Positions 9,554 to 19,613 are shown, counted from the first letter of the stretch. The stretch is 64,000 bases of DNA from Bdellovibrionota bacterium (GCA_041739995.1 JBGSMV010000029.1:96001-160000), one strand, 5' to 3'. The notes: a model not told the origin generated them from the letters alone. Translations and numbers: made by a program.

Positions 9554-10370
9554 TGACGGCTCTCCAGCATGCATCCGAAAGTTCGTCTGCTACTTTGCTT
9601 GGAGGGACTGAATTATATCCATCGAGCCAATCTCTGACGTAAGCTAGCGGAATTCCAAACACGGCACTCCAGAGTAAATTCGCTCTGAGTTTTCTAATTT
9701 TTCCATCGCGAATTCCTTGTTTGAACGTCTTCGTGAGCGTGCGGCCGAGTCTGTCGAAGCCAACCATGGTCGGATGCTTGATAATTCCGCTCATAAATTC
9801 ATTGTGGCGGCACAGCCATATATACTTCGAGAGCTGGTGGTTCATTTCAGAAAAGCCAAGGAATGACCGAACCACGGTCCTGACTTGATCCGAGACATCA
9901 TCTTTCGGGTTTATCGATTCTTCCAGCGCTTTGCGGAACGCGCGAATGCCTTCGTCATACAATGCGGTGGCAACTTCTTCCTTGTTCTTGAAGGTGTGGT
10001 AAATCGACCCGACGCTACATTTACTGACGCGGCTTAAATCAGGCACATTCGTATTGAAGTAACCTTGTTCAACAAAGAGCTTCAAAGCTGCTGCCAATAT
10101 GCGCTGGCGCGGAGTGAAGGAACTTACGTCCGGGCGTTCAAGTTCTACGCGGGTCAGACCAGTTGGGTTGGAGCGGCTCTCAGAATTGCGTCCTCCATGA
10201 GCTGCTCCATGAGCTGCTCCATGAGCTCCTCCATGAGCTCCTCCATGAGACTGAGTGGTGGAAGGAGACGAGCCCGATGTGGGCTTCTCAACGGGCTCTG
10301 CAGTGAGGCCGACTGTAAGTCCGGCGATTGTGCTCTTTGGATCAGTGCTTGTCACAGATGTTTCCGCCAA
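9534..10370 (-). CDS. TetR/AcrR family regulator with low-complexity N-terminal extension
   Basis: RQRILAAALKLFVEQGYFNTNVPDLSRVSKCSVGSIYHTFKNKEE HTH; start uncertain. Confidence 0.88.
   Translation of the reverse strand: MAETSVTSTDPKSTIAGLTVGLTAEPVEKPTSGSSPSTTQSHGGAHGGAHGAAHGAAHGGRNSESRSNPTGLTRVELERPDVSSFTPRQRILAAALKLFVEQGYFNTNVPDLSRVSKCSVGSIYHTFKNKEEVATALYDEGIRAFRKALEESINPKDDVSDQVRTVVRSFLGFSEMNHQLSKYIWLCRHNEFMSGIIKHPTMVGFDRLGRTLTKTFKQGIRDGKIRKLRANLLWSAVFGIPLAYVRDWLDGYNSVPPSKVADELSDACWRAVKAEQGS
10193..10249 (-). repeat. 12-bp tandem repeat (~5x) encoding HGGA/HGAA
   Basis: (ctccatgagctS)n on the + strand. Confidence 0.92.
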
Positions 10371-10446
10371 CGGTCATTCTTGAACTCTTAATACGGAGTA
10401 TCCCATGCCTACCCCCGATAGAGTAGAGCTTACTAAGCGCGCAAAT

Positions 10447-10483
10447 ACCTAAGGGTTGCCTGAGACCTAAGGGTTGCCTGAGA
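10447..10483. repeat. 18-bp perfect tandem duplication upstream of the TetR gene
   Basis: acctaagggttgcctgag x2. Confidence 0.92.
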
Positions 10484-10770
10484 GTGGACAGGGCTCAAAA
10501 CTACATGTTTGGCCAGCTTCCAGATGCAAGGTGCCCCTTCATCGCGCTCTTGAAAATAGCGTCATACACTTAGAATCGGCAAGGGTCGACACTTGCGTAT
10601 TGGGACGCTTCGCTTGAGGAGGATTGAGGACATGCTCTCTGCATGGGGATGTAGCGCGCATTCATCGTGGTGCTTAAACCAAGCTTGCCTTACCTCGCCC
10701 ATTTGAGGGCGAGTACACATCGCTCAAACAGGCAATGTATGCGGGCAACGTATGATCGCGCAGCAGTCCC

Positions 10771-11418
10771 CTACAGGGAAATCAGCTTACTTTGAATCGC
10801 AAGCTTGACGAGCTCAGCATTGGTCTTCACGTTGAGCTTCTTAAGAATATTGCTACGGTGCGTGTCGACGGTTCGGGTGCTGATGTGCAGCATTTTTCCG
10901 ATCGTTCGATTTGGCTTGCCGTCAGCAAGGTGTGTAAGAATCTCGATTTCGCGCTTTGTGAGCACCGCAAGTGGATTTGGGCCATTCACTGAGGGGACGC
11001 CGTCGGGCTGCATCAGCGCAGTCGTCACCGATGGGCTCAAATACGTATTCCCACTCAACACAGAGCTAATGGCAAACTCCAGCTCTTCGATCTTTGCGTT
11101 CTTCGGCAGAAAGCCTTTGGCTCCAGCTTGTAGTGCCGCCCTGACATTTTGTGGGCTCTCGTCGGCAGAGAAGACCAGAATCGGTAGCTGGTAGTTGGAG
11201 ATTCTCAACTGCTCGATGGCTTTTAGTCCATCAAGCTTTGGCATCTCAACGTCCACCACAAGTACATCTGGTACGTTGTTTTTAACCATTTGTAGCAATT
11301 CCTCACCGTCGGAGGCTTGCCCGATCACCGCAAATTTTCCCCGCCCTTGCAACATTTCACAGAGGGCTTGACGAAGGACCACGTGGTCATCGGCAAGAAG
11401 TAGTTTCACCGTATCCAT
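10771..11418 (-). CDS. NarL/FixJ family response regulator (REC + LuxR HTH), no adjacent kinase
   Basis: LLADDH, VDVEMPKLDG, LTKREIEIL...ISTRTVDTHRSNILKKL. Confidence 0.95.
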   Translation of the reverse strand: MDTVKLLLADDHVVLRQALCEMLQGRGKFAVIGQASDGEELLQMVKNNVPDVLVVDVEMPKLDGLKAIEQLRISNYQLPILVFSADESPQNVRAALQAGAKGFLPKNAKIEELEFAISSVLSGNTYLSPSVTTALMQPDGVPSVNGPNPLAVLTKREIEILTHLADGKPNRTIGKMLHISTRTVDTHRSNILKKLNVKTNAELVKLAIQSKLISL

Positions 11419-11695
11419 ACCACCTCACTTATTTAAACCTTTAGAAAAACATCTCTCATCGCTTCAAGTCGCAAGGCCCAGAGCGCAATGCGCGGAGAGA
11501 ACAATACCTCTGTTGGCGCTCCCTCTCAGGGAACTAATACGTCAATCTCGTACGATTTCTTTAGGCTTTCTCTCAGAAGAAATTTGCTTAATTGAAAATC
11601 GTAGTGAAGCGGAGAATAATCACTGTGAAATCAACAAGATAGAAAGACCTGGGGATAGTGCTGAAACGAGGGCAGGACTCGGGGCAGTCTGGGAT

Positions 11696-11833
11696 CGAGG
11701 GTCCTGAGTTAACGGTTCGATGAATAATTCTCGCAGTGCTCGCTGATCTCTTTGTGAATATATTTAGTTGAACAATGAGTTCAGCACGAACAGCGAGAAA
11801 AATACTTCAATGAACGTCGACTCAGCATGCGAG
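11696..11833 (+). mobile_element. MITE family A, copy 2
   Basis: GTCCTGAGTTAACGGTTCGAT...CAATGAGTTCAGC...GACTCAGCATGCGAG; collinear with 4130-4272. Confidence 0.8.
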
Positions 11834-11862
11834 GAGTCTGTGACACAGGCACAGACTCCTAG
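11830..11862. mobile_element. MITE family C, collapsed ends-only copy (hairpin)
   Basis: AGGAGTCTGTG-ACACAGG-CACAGACTCCT-AG; same terminus as at 20259 and 48137. Confidence 0.7.
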
Positions 11863-12380
11863 CGCCGCTGCAGGCTGGCCTCGCGAAATTCTTCAATAAG
11901 CTTTGCCAGCTCCAGAGGTGAGAGAACTCCCGATATGGTGAGTTCTGCCCCGTCCGTTCCCGCAGAATCAAGTAATACGTTTCCAAAGTTAAATAGCCGG
12001 CCCGGAATTGTCTGCTCAACCTGGACAGCCCTGATGTCTGTATACTTGAGCGAGGGGACGCTGGAGTTCAAGGAGAGCCGTCCTTCGTAGTGATTAATTT
12101 TCTCGAGCCCAAACACGTACAGATCGTCGTGATATCGACGCAAAATCTCGAGCAACACCACTGCGGGGACTAATGAAATCCAGCGCATGCTAAGGCCCCC
12201 AATTACCGGCAGCGACTGTGGTAGCCCACTTTCGGGGAAAGCGATCAGCAGCGCAACGACAGCGGCGATGCTTAGTACCAGAATAGAAATTGGGACCAAA
12301 TTAGAGCGAAACGCTCTTCTCGTTTCAAATAGATTGGCCGGGTCTGCTCCCTGGGTAAGCGTTTCCAACTTCGGGTACAT
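11859..12380 (-). CDS. membrane protein with bacterial PH (bPH_2) domain
   Basis: Two TM segments followed by IRAVQVEQTIPGRLFNFGNVLLDSAG. Confidence 0.8.
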   Translation of the reverse strand: MYPKLETLTQGADPANLFETRRAFRSNLVPISILVLSIAAVVALLIAFPESGLPQSLPVIGGLSMRWISLVPAVVLLEILRRYHDDLYVFGLEKINHYEGRLSLNSSVPSLKYTDIRAVQVEQTIPGRLFNFGNVLLDSAGTDGAELTISGVLSPLELAKLIEEFREASLQRR

Positions 12381-12502
12381 CTTGAAACACCGTATGTAGA
12401 GTTTTCTTCTTGCCCTATATCGCTTGCCAGCGAACTAAATTTGGCCCCTGGTGACTGCGCAAAGAGGGCCCTTCACTCAAAATCGCCGATCTTGGCCTCA
12501 CT

Positions 12503-12518
12503 CGGCAAGCGACTTGCA
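12503..12518 (+). promoter_or_regulatory. candidate sigma-54 promoter of the flgF operon
   Basis: CGGCAA-GCGAC-TTGCA with correct GG/GC -24/-12 spacing. Confidence 0.5.
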
Positions 12519-12646
12519 ATGTAACAGCTCGAGGAGAATTCGAACATGTATATTCGGGGACTTAGCCTGTCTGACGTGACAACGGACTGACAGCAGCCCG
12601 AACGACGTGTTGGATTGTTGACGCTTAACGAGGCGAAGGAACGCAC

Positions 12647-13666
12647 ATGGCAGAGGTTTCTTGGTTCGGAATTTTAATTGATGTGGGCTTACTGTGTTCG
12701 CTGGTGGTGTTTGGCCTGCGAATGGTGAGAAGCAGCGGCCCTAAGGTGAACTTAGGTCGTATGGCCGAGCTTGAAGCGAGCTTGCGGGCTCTTCTCGGCG
12801 AAGCCGACTCGGCCAGCCGTGCCCTTAACGACCAACTGGTTCGGAGACAGAAAGACTTGGAGAAGCTCCTCTTTGATCTTGAAGGATCGAATGGGCGCCT
12901 CAATCGGCAAATCACTGCTGCTGACGAGGTACGTGGACAGTTGGAGATCCACATGGCGCGCGCGACTGCCGCTATGCGCGCGCTCGAAACTTCTGTCACC
13001 CCTCATAGTCGGACTTCGGATATGGCAAATCAGAGCTCCGTGCTCCCGCTTGCCTCGAGCATAGAGAGTAGCATGGCGGCTTCTGCGTCGGTCACCGAGG
13101 TCTCACGACGAGTAGCGACACATCGAGGTGCTGAGTTTCCTTCGGTTGAAGTGGAGCCACCGAGTTTTCAATCGGTGCAAACCGCAGCTAGTGCGGTGAA
13201 ACTGCCGCTCGGTGCGGTGGTAGAACGGCGAGTGGAGACACCGCGCCCATCCTTGCGCGACCAAATTGAGCGAGAAGTTTTTGCTCCTGAAAACGTTGAG
13301 TCGCCCAAGAGCCCACGACGCCGCTCAGCGGTCGAACGGGCGCTTGCGCATCAGCGTGGAGCAGAGCCTAGGAATTCGATACATGCTGACCGAGACGTAG
13401 TGTCCGAAGCCAGAACGCATGCGCGCAGACTTGGTGAAAACGAGTTGTTAACTCGAGAGGATCGGCGCCAAGAACTTCCGCTGCAAAAGCTACTCTCGCA
13501 GAGCAGCGCAATCGTGGAAAACGAGGAAGCCCAAGATCCAACGGGGGATGACGAGGACAAGTCTTCGGTACTTACGGCGGAAGAGGCAGCTCTTGCTAAC
13601 CCAGAGGACCCAAGATTGGGAGTTTTAAGCGGTGCCCCGATACGACGACAGGTTCAAGTCTTGTAG
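12647..13666 (+). CDS. membrane-anchored coiled-coil hypothetical protein, first gene of the flagellar operon
   Basis: N-terminal TM, coiled coil and long disordered tail; ends 11 bp before flgF. Confidence 0.75.
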   Translation: MAEVSWFGILIDVGLLCSLVVFGLRMVRSSGPKVNLGRMAELEASLRALLGEADSASRALNDQLVRRQKDLEKLLFDLEGSNGRLNRQITAADEVRGQLEIHMARATAAMRALETSVTPHSRTSDMANQSSVLPLASSIESSMAASASVTEVSRRVATHRGAEFPSVEVEPPSFQSVQTAASAVKLPLGAVVERRVETPRPSLRDQIEREVFAPENVESPKSPRRRSAVERALAHQRGAEPRNSIHADRDVVSEARTHARRLGENELLTREDRRQELPLQKLLSQSSAIVENEEAQDPTGDDEDKSSVLTAEEAALANPEDPRLGVLSGAPIRRQVQVL

Positions 13667-13677
13667 GAAGAAGATAG

Positions 13678-14439
13678 ATGGATAGAGGAACGTACGCAGC
13701 AGCATCCGGCGGACTCATGCAGTTTCGCAAGCTCGAAGTGGTTACGAATAACCTTGCAAACGTGAACTCGCCTGGATTCAAGCGCCAAGCACTGCAAGGA
13801 GAAGTGCAAACCTTTGATCAGACCCTGGCGAGCATTGCGGGAGCAGCGGATCCCTTTGCGAAGGGCGACCATGATCGCGTTCCTGGTGTGGTGGATATCG
13901 ATACCGTCACCGATTTTTCGGTGGGGGCGATTCGGGCGACAGGCAATCCTTTGGATGTTGCCCTTCGTAATGCGAACGATTTCTTTGTAGTCCAAACCCC
14001 AGAGGGCACTCGCTACACGCGTGCCGGAAATTTTTCACTTGCAGCCGGAGGGCAGCTGGTGACTGCGGACGGTCTCGAGGTCCAAGGTGACGGTGGCCCC
14101 ATTTCGGTGGGCGAAGGAAAAGTTGAAATCGGACCTGATGGAGGTGTGCTCGTTGATGGAGTCGCCGCGGGGAGACTTCAGGTTGCGCGCTTTGATGAAA
14201 TGCAGGGACTTGAGCGCGTAGGCGGAAATCTATTTGCGCAAGGCAGCGCGAGAGCGCCCACAGATACGGACCCCGACGTGGTTCCGCAATCGTTGGAGAT
14301 GTCCAATGTGAGCACCATTTCTGCGGTGGTTGACCTCATGACCGCGAGTCGAGGGTTCCAGATGTATACAAAAACGGCAGAGACGTTAGACCAAATGAAC
14401 CAAACAGCGATTAACCAATATGGACGGAGAGTTCGGTAG
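13678..14439 (+). CDS. flgF: flagellar basal-body rod protein FlgF
   Basis: NNLANVNSPGFK, TGNPLDVAL, YTRAGNF, LEMSNV; precedes flgG. Confidence 0.9.
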   Translation: MDRGTYAAASGGLMQFRKLEVVTNNLANVNSPGFKRQALQGEVQTFDQTLASIAGAADPFAKGDHDRVPGVVDIDTVTDFSVGAIRATGNPLDVALRNANDFFVVQTPEGTRYTRAGNFSLAAGGQLVTADGLEVQGDGGPISVGEGKVEIGPDGGVLVDGVAAGRLQVARFDEMQGLERVGGNLFAQGSARAPTDTDPDVVPQSLEMSNVSTISAVVDLMTASRGFQMYTKTAETLDQMNQTAINQYGRRVR

Positions 14440-14506
14440 TCGGTAGTGCGTTGAAGGTGTGGTGCAGTGACGGTTGAGTCAGGCACTGATTTATTGAGGG
14501 TTACAT

Positions 14507-15301
14507 ATGATTAGAGCGCTTTACACATCAGCTACTGGCATGAACGCGCAGGAAACGAACATAGACGTTATCGCAAATAATCTTGCGAACGTGAACACCA
14601 CTGGATTTAAAAAGAGCCGCGCAGATTTCCAAGACCTCATATATCAACAGATAGTTGAGCCCGGCGCGCAGACGTCTTCTGGGGGAACGCAAACCCCCAG
14701 CGGTATTCAAATCGGTCTTGGTGTGCGCAACTCGGCCGTGCAGCGTATCTTTGAACAGGGAGATTTAGTCAATACTGGAAACCAGCTGGATGTGGCGATT
14801 CAAGGCGAGGGGTTCTTTCGTGTCCAGGTGCCGGGATCTGCGCAGGACTCCTTTTCTCGCGCGGGAAATTTTCAGCTCAATCAAAATGGAGAAATGGTTA
14901 CGACCGATGGCTATTTGGTGCAGCCGACCATTACGGTGGGCGACGATGTGCTCTCGATCACTATTACTGAAGACGGTACTGTAAACGGTCGAGTACAAGG
15001 ACAGTCTACCCTCTCAAACCTTGGACAGATTGAAGCGGTGCGCTTTCCTAACCCAGCGGGACTACGTGCGCTTGGGCGGAATCTCTTTGAAGAGTCAGAC
15101 GCGTCTGGAACCGCAATCACGGGAAATTTCGCCAACGATGGTGTGGGTAGGCTGCAGCAAGGGTTTCTTGAGGGCAGTAACGTCAGTGTGGTTGAGCAAG
15201 TAGTGAATATGATCACGGCGCAACGAGCCTATGAGGCGGCCTCGAAGGGGATAACAACTGCAGATGAAATGGTTGGTCAAGCAATACAGTTGAAACGATA
15301 G
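14507..15301 (+). CDS. flgG: flagellar basal-body rod protein FlgG
   Basis: MIRALYTSATGM, NNLANVNTTGFKKSRADFQDL, MITAQRAYE. Confidence 0.96.
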   Translation: MIRALYTSATGMNAQETNIDVIANNLANVNTTGFKKSRADFQDLIYQQIVEPGAQTSSGGTQTPSGIQIGLGVRNSAVQRIFEQGDLVNTGNQLDVAIQGEGFFRVQVPGSAQDSFSRAGNFQLNQNGEMVTTDGYLVQPTITVGDDVLSITITEDGTVNGRVQGQSTLSNLGQIEAVRFPNPAGLRALGRNLFEESDASGTAITGNFANDGVGRLQQGFLEGSNVSVVEQVVNMITAQRAYEAASKGITTADEMVGQAIQLKR

Positions 15302-15311
15302 GTAGGTCAGA

Positions 15312-16382
15312 ATGAGTATCAGAGGCATCGCAGCGGCGCTCAGTTTTTGTTTGTGTGGGTACTGCCCCGAAGTATCGGCGCAACGCGCATCATTCATTCC
15401 GGTGGTTCAGCAAGAGGTGCGGGAAGCTTTGGGGAGAGCGGGGGAAGGCTCTGAGCGTATTGCGGGAAATTTTCGCATGGTTGTGCGTGGCAAAGAGTTG
15501 GCTACGGTAGTTTTGCCGCAAGTAAGAATCTCGGACCTTGCGGACGTGAGCTCGTCATATCCTGGTGATGATGAGCTAGTCATCGCCATAAAAAACGCGG
15601 TACTTGGTGCGAGCCCCTCCATTGGCGAAGAGGCTACATTTACCGCAGCTCAGGTGCTCGACGTTGTTCGAGAGGTGACGCGCGGGAATGATCAAGTCGG
15701 ATATATCTTTCCACGAGTGATGAAGGTCGTACGTGCCTATCGTACGATTGGGGTGGATGAAGTGACGCGTGCCCTTAGTTCTTACCTGCAAGCGAGCGAG
15801 CGTGAGGCCAAAGTGTTGGGAGTCTCCTTGCCCCGTGCTGAGGTAAGAGTGCCTCCGCGCGCTGATATCCGAGATATTACGCCGTTGGCATCAGTCAAAG
15901 GATCTCACTTTGGACAAGGTCCAACTTCATTCCAAGTTAAAGTGCAGGAGCAGGACAAGGTAGTACAAACGTTCAACGTGCAAGCAACCGTTCAGGAGTG
16001 GGGGCAGTTGCCGGTGGCACGTCGAGCGTTGGCGCGTGGAGATGTTGTTGGTGCCTCCGATGTGACGCTTGCTCGAGTGAACCTCAGTACGGCGTCTGGG
16101 GGAATCGCTCAGTCCGTCGACGAGATTATTGGCCAGAAGCTAAGCCAAGATGTCTCAGAAGGCGCACTATTTCGCACGCAACTGATGGTGACGCCGCCGA
16201 TGGTTCGCGTAGGAGAATCAGTCACATTGCTCTATCGCTCAAAGTTACTTGAAGCAAGTGCTTCAGCAACGGCGCTTGAATCGGGAGTCTTTGGAGCGCA
16301 GGTACGAGTGAGAAATGAGACATCTAAGCGGGTAATGCAGGGCACAATTTCTGGGCCTGGAATCGTAGAGGTTCGACAATGA
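15312..16382 (+). CDS. flgA: flagellar P-ring formation chaperone FlgA
   Basis: SAF-like VARRALARGDVV, C-terminal VRVRNETSKRV; synteny. Confidence 0.88.
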   Translation: MSIRGIAAALSFCLCGYCPEVSAQRASFIPVVQQEVREALGRAGEGSERIAGNFRMVVRGKELATVVLPQVRISDLADVSSSYPGDDELVIAIKNAVLGASPSIGEEATFTAAQVLDVVREVTRGNDQVGYIFPRVMKVVRAYRTIGVDEVTRALSSYLQASEREAKVLGVSLPRAEVRVPPRADIRDITPLASVKGSHFGQGPTSFQVKVQEQDKVVQTFNVQATVQEWGQLPVARRALARGDVVGASDVTLARVNLSTASGGIAQSVDEIIGQKLSQDVSEGALFRTQLMVTPPMVRVGESVTLLYRSKLLEASASATALESGVFGAQVRVRNETSKRVMQGTISGPGIVEVRQ

Positions 16383-17452
16383 TACAAAATCTGGCACCAA
16401 ATGTTTCAGAAACTATAGGCCGCTTCACCACTGGCGAGCGACCGCACCTTGCGGCTCACAAGACGGTAACTCTTTGCGTGATCGCATTGTTGAGTGGATG
16501 TGTGGAGGCAACCTCGATCACCACTCGGAAGCCGGTCGATGACTATATGGCGAAGATGCGTGCCGACCGGGCTCAGAGCCAAAATGGCTTTCGAAGCGCA
16601 ATGCCAGTCGATGGGCGTGCCATGCCAATCGGGGCTCCCTCTCAAGGACGAGCTCAGTTGCATTTGGTGGGAGGAGAGCTGCCACCAGATGCGCTGTTCG
16701 ATCGTGGAGGTGCGCAGTTCGGTGCGCAGCAGAATCCTGATGTGGTAACCAATCTTAACGGAGAGAGTGACTTCCTTGGCTTTGATCAGGGCTCGTCCGG
16801 TGCGATCGATAGGGTTCCGCTTAGAGAGTATAGAGGTCCGTTGAATCTTGGTGATCCGGGAGTATCGGCGTCTCTGTGGAAAGAGAGCCGGGGTGGAAAC
16901 AATCTCTTCAGAGACTACAGAGCGTCTCAACCGATGGACCTGATCACGATTGTGGTCAATGAAAATCTCACTGGGAAGAAGGAAGGGACCACGACGGTGA
17001 CTCAAGAGTCGAGCTTTAGCGCCGCGATACGTAATTTCTTTGGACTTGAGAATCGTGATCAATTTACCGACTCAGCGGATCCCACCCAGACTGATTCTTC
17101 AGGAGCCGATTTGAGCAATCTCGTCAAAGCCTCGCTTTCCAGCGAGTTTACCGGAGACGGAGAGACCGAGCGAAAGGGGACTCTGCGTGGCCGAATCTCA
17201 GCGATGGTTGCAGAAGTGCTGCCTTCAGGGGTGATGCGCATTGAGGGAGAGAAAATCATCTCACTCAATAGCGAAGAGGAGGTCATGGTGATTTCTGGGC
17301 TGGTGCGCCCTGAGGACGTAAGCTCGAACAATGAAGTGCAGTCGTCACAGCTCGCCAACGTAAGAATTGACTATTACGGCAATGGAACGATTGGGGACGC
17401 TCAGCGAGGTGGCTGGATGGGGCGAGTTTTACGTCGTTGGTGGCCTTTCTAA
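16379..17452 (+). CDS. flgH: flagellar L-ring protein FlgH (long N-terminal linker)
   Basis: Lipobox LLSGC; LFRDYRA..MDLITIVV, ISGLVRPEDV, GWMGRVLRRWWPF. Confidence 0.92.
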   Translation: MIQNLAPNVSETIGRFTTGERPHLAAHKTVTLCVIALLSGCVEATSITTRKPVDDYMAKMRADRAQSQNGFRSAMPVDGRAMPIGAPSQGRAQLHLVGGELPPDALFDRGGAQFGAQQNPDVVTNLNGESDFLGFDQGSSGAIDRVPLREYRGPLNLGDPGVSASLWKESRGGNNLFRDYRASQPMDLITIVVNENLTGKKEGTTTVTQESSFSAAIRNFFGLENRDQFTDSADPTQTDSSGADLSNLVKASLSSEFTGDGETERKGTLRGRISAMVAEVLPSGVMRIEGEKIISLNSEEEVMVISGLVRPEDVSSNNEVQSSQLANVRIDYYGNGTIGDAQRGGWMGRVLRRWWPF

Positions 17453-17472
17453 TAGAGTTATTGGGGATCGGT

Positions 17473-18570
17473 ATGAAATCTTGCATCGCGCTTTTGTTGC
17501 TCTTTTTCAGCGCTTCGTCAGCGCTTGCTGCTCCTGCACGCCTTAAGGATCTGGCCGATGTGGAAGGCGTGCGAGGAAACCAGTTGGTGGGCTTTGGTCT
17601 AGTCGTCGGATTAAATGGAACTGGCGACGGAAACAGCGTGGATTTCACCCGAAAGGCCCTTTCCAACATGCTCGAGAAAATGGGGATTAAAGCTCCTTCT
17701 GAGCAAGTTAAGGTAAAAAACGCGGCATCCGTGATGGTGACCGCGACTTTGCCGGCCTTCGTTCGGCCTGGTACTTCGATTGATGTGACGTTGTCGTCTA
17801 TGGGTGATGCCAAGAGCTTGCAAGGTGGGACGCTTCTGTTCGCACCTCTCAAAGGTGCCGACGGTAATGTCTATGCGGTTGCGCAGGGGGAAGTGAGCGT
17901 GGGAGGTTTTGCAGTCGAGAGTGGAGGCGATTCGGCTCAGCAGAATCACCCTACGGTTGGGTTGGTTCCGGATGGAGCCACGGTTGAGCGATCTATTCCA
18001 TTCGATCTGTTTCAATCGCAGCGTGTGCGCATAATGTTGAGACAGCCTGATTTTACTACGATGACTCGAATGGTAGAGGCGATTAATTCCGATCTTGGAA
18101 GACCAATTGCGGTGGCCGTTGATTCGGCAGCGGTAGAGATTCCCCTGGTGGGCAGTCTCGCGCATGACCCGATTGGACTTCTGGCACGGCTCGAGAATCT
18201 TACGGTGGATCAAGACCTTGGAGCTCGCGTGGTGGTGAATGAGCGAACGGGCACCGTCATCATGGGTGAGACGGTCAGGCTCGGGCGTGTTGCACTTGCA
18301 CACGGAAATCTGAATATTTCGATTCGTAGTGATAATCAGGTGTCGCAGCCAACAGCATTTTCGGATGGCGGAAATACAGAAGTGATTCAGAACTCGGACA
18401 TTACCGTCGGTGAAGAAGAGCGAAACCTTGCGGCCGTGGGCGGAGAAGTGACGCTTGGACAGTTGGTTGAAGCGCTCAACTCGCTTGGCGCAACACCGCG
18501 CGATTTAATCTCAATTTTTCAGGCGCTCAAACGGGCGGGGGCTCTGCATGCTGACTTGGTGATTATGTAA
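17473..18570 (+). CDS. flgI: flagellar P-ring protein FlgI
   Basis: RLKDLA.VEGVRGNQLVGFGLVVGLNGTGD, SLQGGTL, ALKRAGALHADL. Confidence 0.97.
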   Translation: MKSCIALLLLFFSASSALAAPARLKDLADVEGVRGNQLVGFGLVVGLNGTGDGNSVDFTRKALSNMLEKMGIKAPSEQVKVKNAASVMVTATLPAFVRPGTSIDVTLSSMGDAKSLQGGTLLFAPLKGADGNVYAVAQGEVSVGGFAVESGGDSAQQNHPTVGLVPDGATVERSIPFDLFQSQRVRIMLRQPDFTTMTRMVEAINSDLGRPIAVAVDSAAVEIPLVGSLAHDPIGLLARLENLTVDQDLGARVVVNERTGTVIMGETVRLGRVALAHGNLNISIRSDNQVSQPTAFSDGGNTEVIQNSDITVGEEERNLAAVGGEVTLGQLVEALNSLGATPRDLISIFQALKRAGALHADLVIM

Positions 18571-18578
18571 GAGGGGCT

Positions 18579-19010
18579 ATGGCGGATGATTTGCTGTCGA
18601 AAATTGGAATGGGCCCATCCCTGTCAGAGGTGAGCCTTATGCGAGGGGCTGCACAGCTCAATCAGCTTTCGGCAAAGGCACAGAAAACCGGCGCCAATGG
18701 TCTGAAGGGCAGTGGTCTGCAGAACGGAGTTGCAGCAGGGCCAGACAGTCCAGCGAAGATTAAAGAGGCAGCAGAGGACTTTGAGGCGCTGCTTTTGCAG
18801 CAAATGTTTAAGTCCATGTGGGCAGCGGTACCGCAGGAGAACCTCCTTAGCGGGGGAAGAGAGGGCGAGTATTTCAGAGATATGTTCACTGAGGGCCTCG
18901 CCAAGGACGTCTCTAAGGGGCAAGGCATTGGAATTAAAGAGATTATTGTGAGAGAGCTCACGGCTCGTAGTGATGCAGCGAAAATCGATGGCGAGGGCGA
19001 GAAGGAGTGA
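18579..19010 (+). CDS. flgJ: FlgJ rod-binding protein (no muramidase domain)
   Basis: IKEAAEDFEALLLQQMFKSM...GIGI; follows flgI. Confidence 0.88.
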   Translation: MADDLLSKIGMGPSLSEVSLMRGAAQLNQLSAKAQKTGANGLKGSGLQNGVAAGPDSPAKIKEAAEDFEALLLQQMFKSMWAAVPQENLLSGGREGEYFRDMFTEGLAKDVSKGQGIGIKEIIVRELTARSDAAKIDGEGEKE

Positions 19011-19196
19011 GGGGGCGCTATTTGCGCGAATCCATTCGAATCCTCGAGATATCGTAACCTTAGCGATTGAAAAGCCGTTAGTGCTGAGCATCTTCTGAAT
19101 GTCGTGTGCGCAGCGGTTTTTGTATCGTCGTACCCCAGAGGGCTCAAGCCAGTCCTCGAGTACGCGAGAACGGATTCACGACGTAAGGGGGCAGGT

Positions 19197-19607
19197 ATGA
19201 AGATTGGATCAAAGAACGACCCAAATGATCTTAAAGCGGTTCGAGATCTCTTGCAGCAGCAAGAAGGTGTTAAGTCGAGTCCGACTCAGGAGGCCGAGCG
19301 TCTTGCAAAGCGCCTGAAGGCACAAAATGACGGGGCATTACTCGCTTCGGGGGGCCGAGTTGATGTCTCCCTTGCAAAGGCGATTGGGCAAGAGCTTAGC
19401 CCCGAGGGAATCGCCGCAGAGCGCAGAGCAAAAATTGAAAGTTTGAAGCTGCAGATTGCAGAAGGCAAATACAACCCGCCAAGTGAAGCGATCGCACGCT
19501 CCGTAGGTGAAGAAATTCTTTTTGAAATTTTCACTGGAGGAACAACTCCGGTACAAGGTGGCAGGCTGTTCGACGCCACTGGGGAAGCGCAGGAAGAGGA
19601 GCTCTAG
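19197..19607 (+). CDS. flgM: anti-sigma-28 factor FlgM
   Basis: RRAKIESLKLQIAEGKYNPPSEAIA; synteny. Confidence 0.85.
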   Translation: MKIGSKNDPNDLKAVRDLLQQQEGVKSSPTQEAERLAKRLKAQNDGALLASGGRVDVSLAKAIGQELSPEGIAAERRAKIESLKLQIAEGKYNPPSEAIARSVGEEILFEIFTGGTTPVQGGRLFDATGEAQEEEL

Positions 19608-19613
19608 TAATCC

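Noticed and set aside
16406..18303. Long antisense ORFs (218, 189 and 230 aa) over flgH/flgI, and similar ones over proS and other genes
   Set aside because: Shadows of well-supported genes with no protein-like motifs
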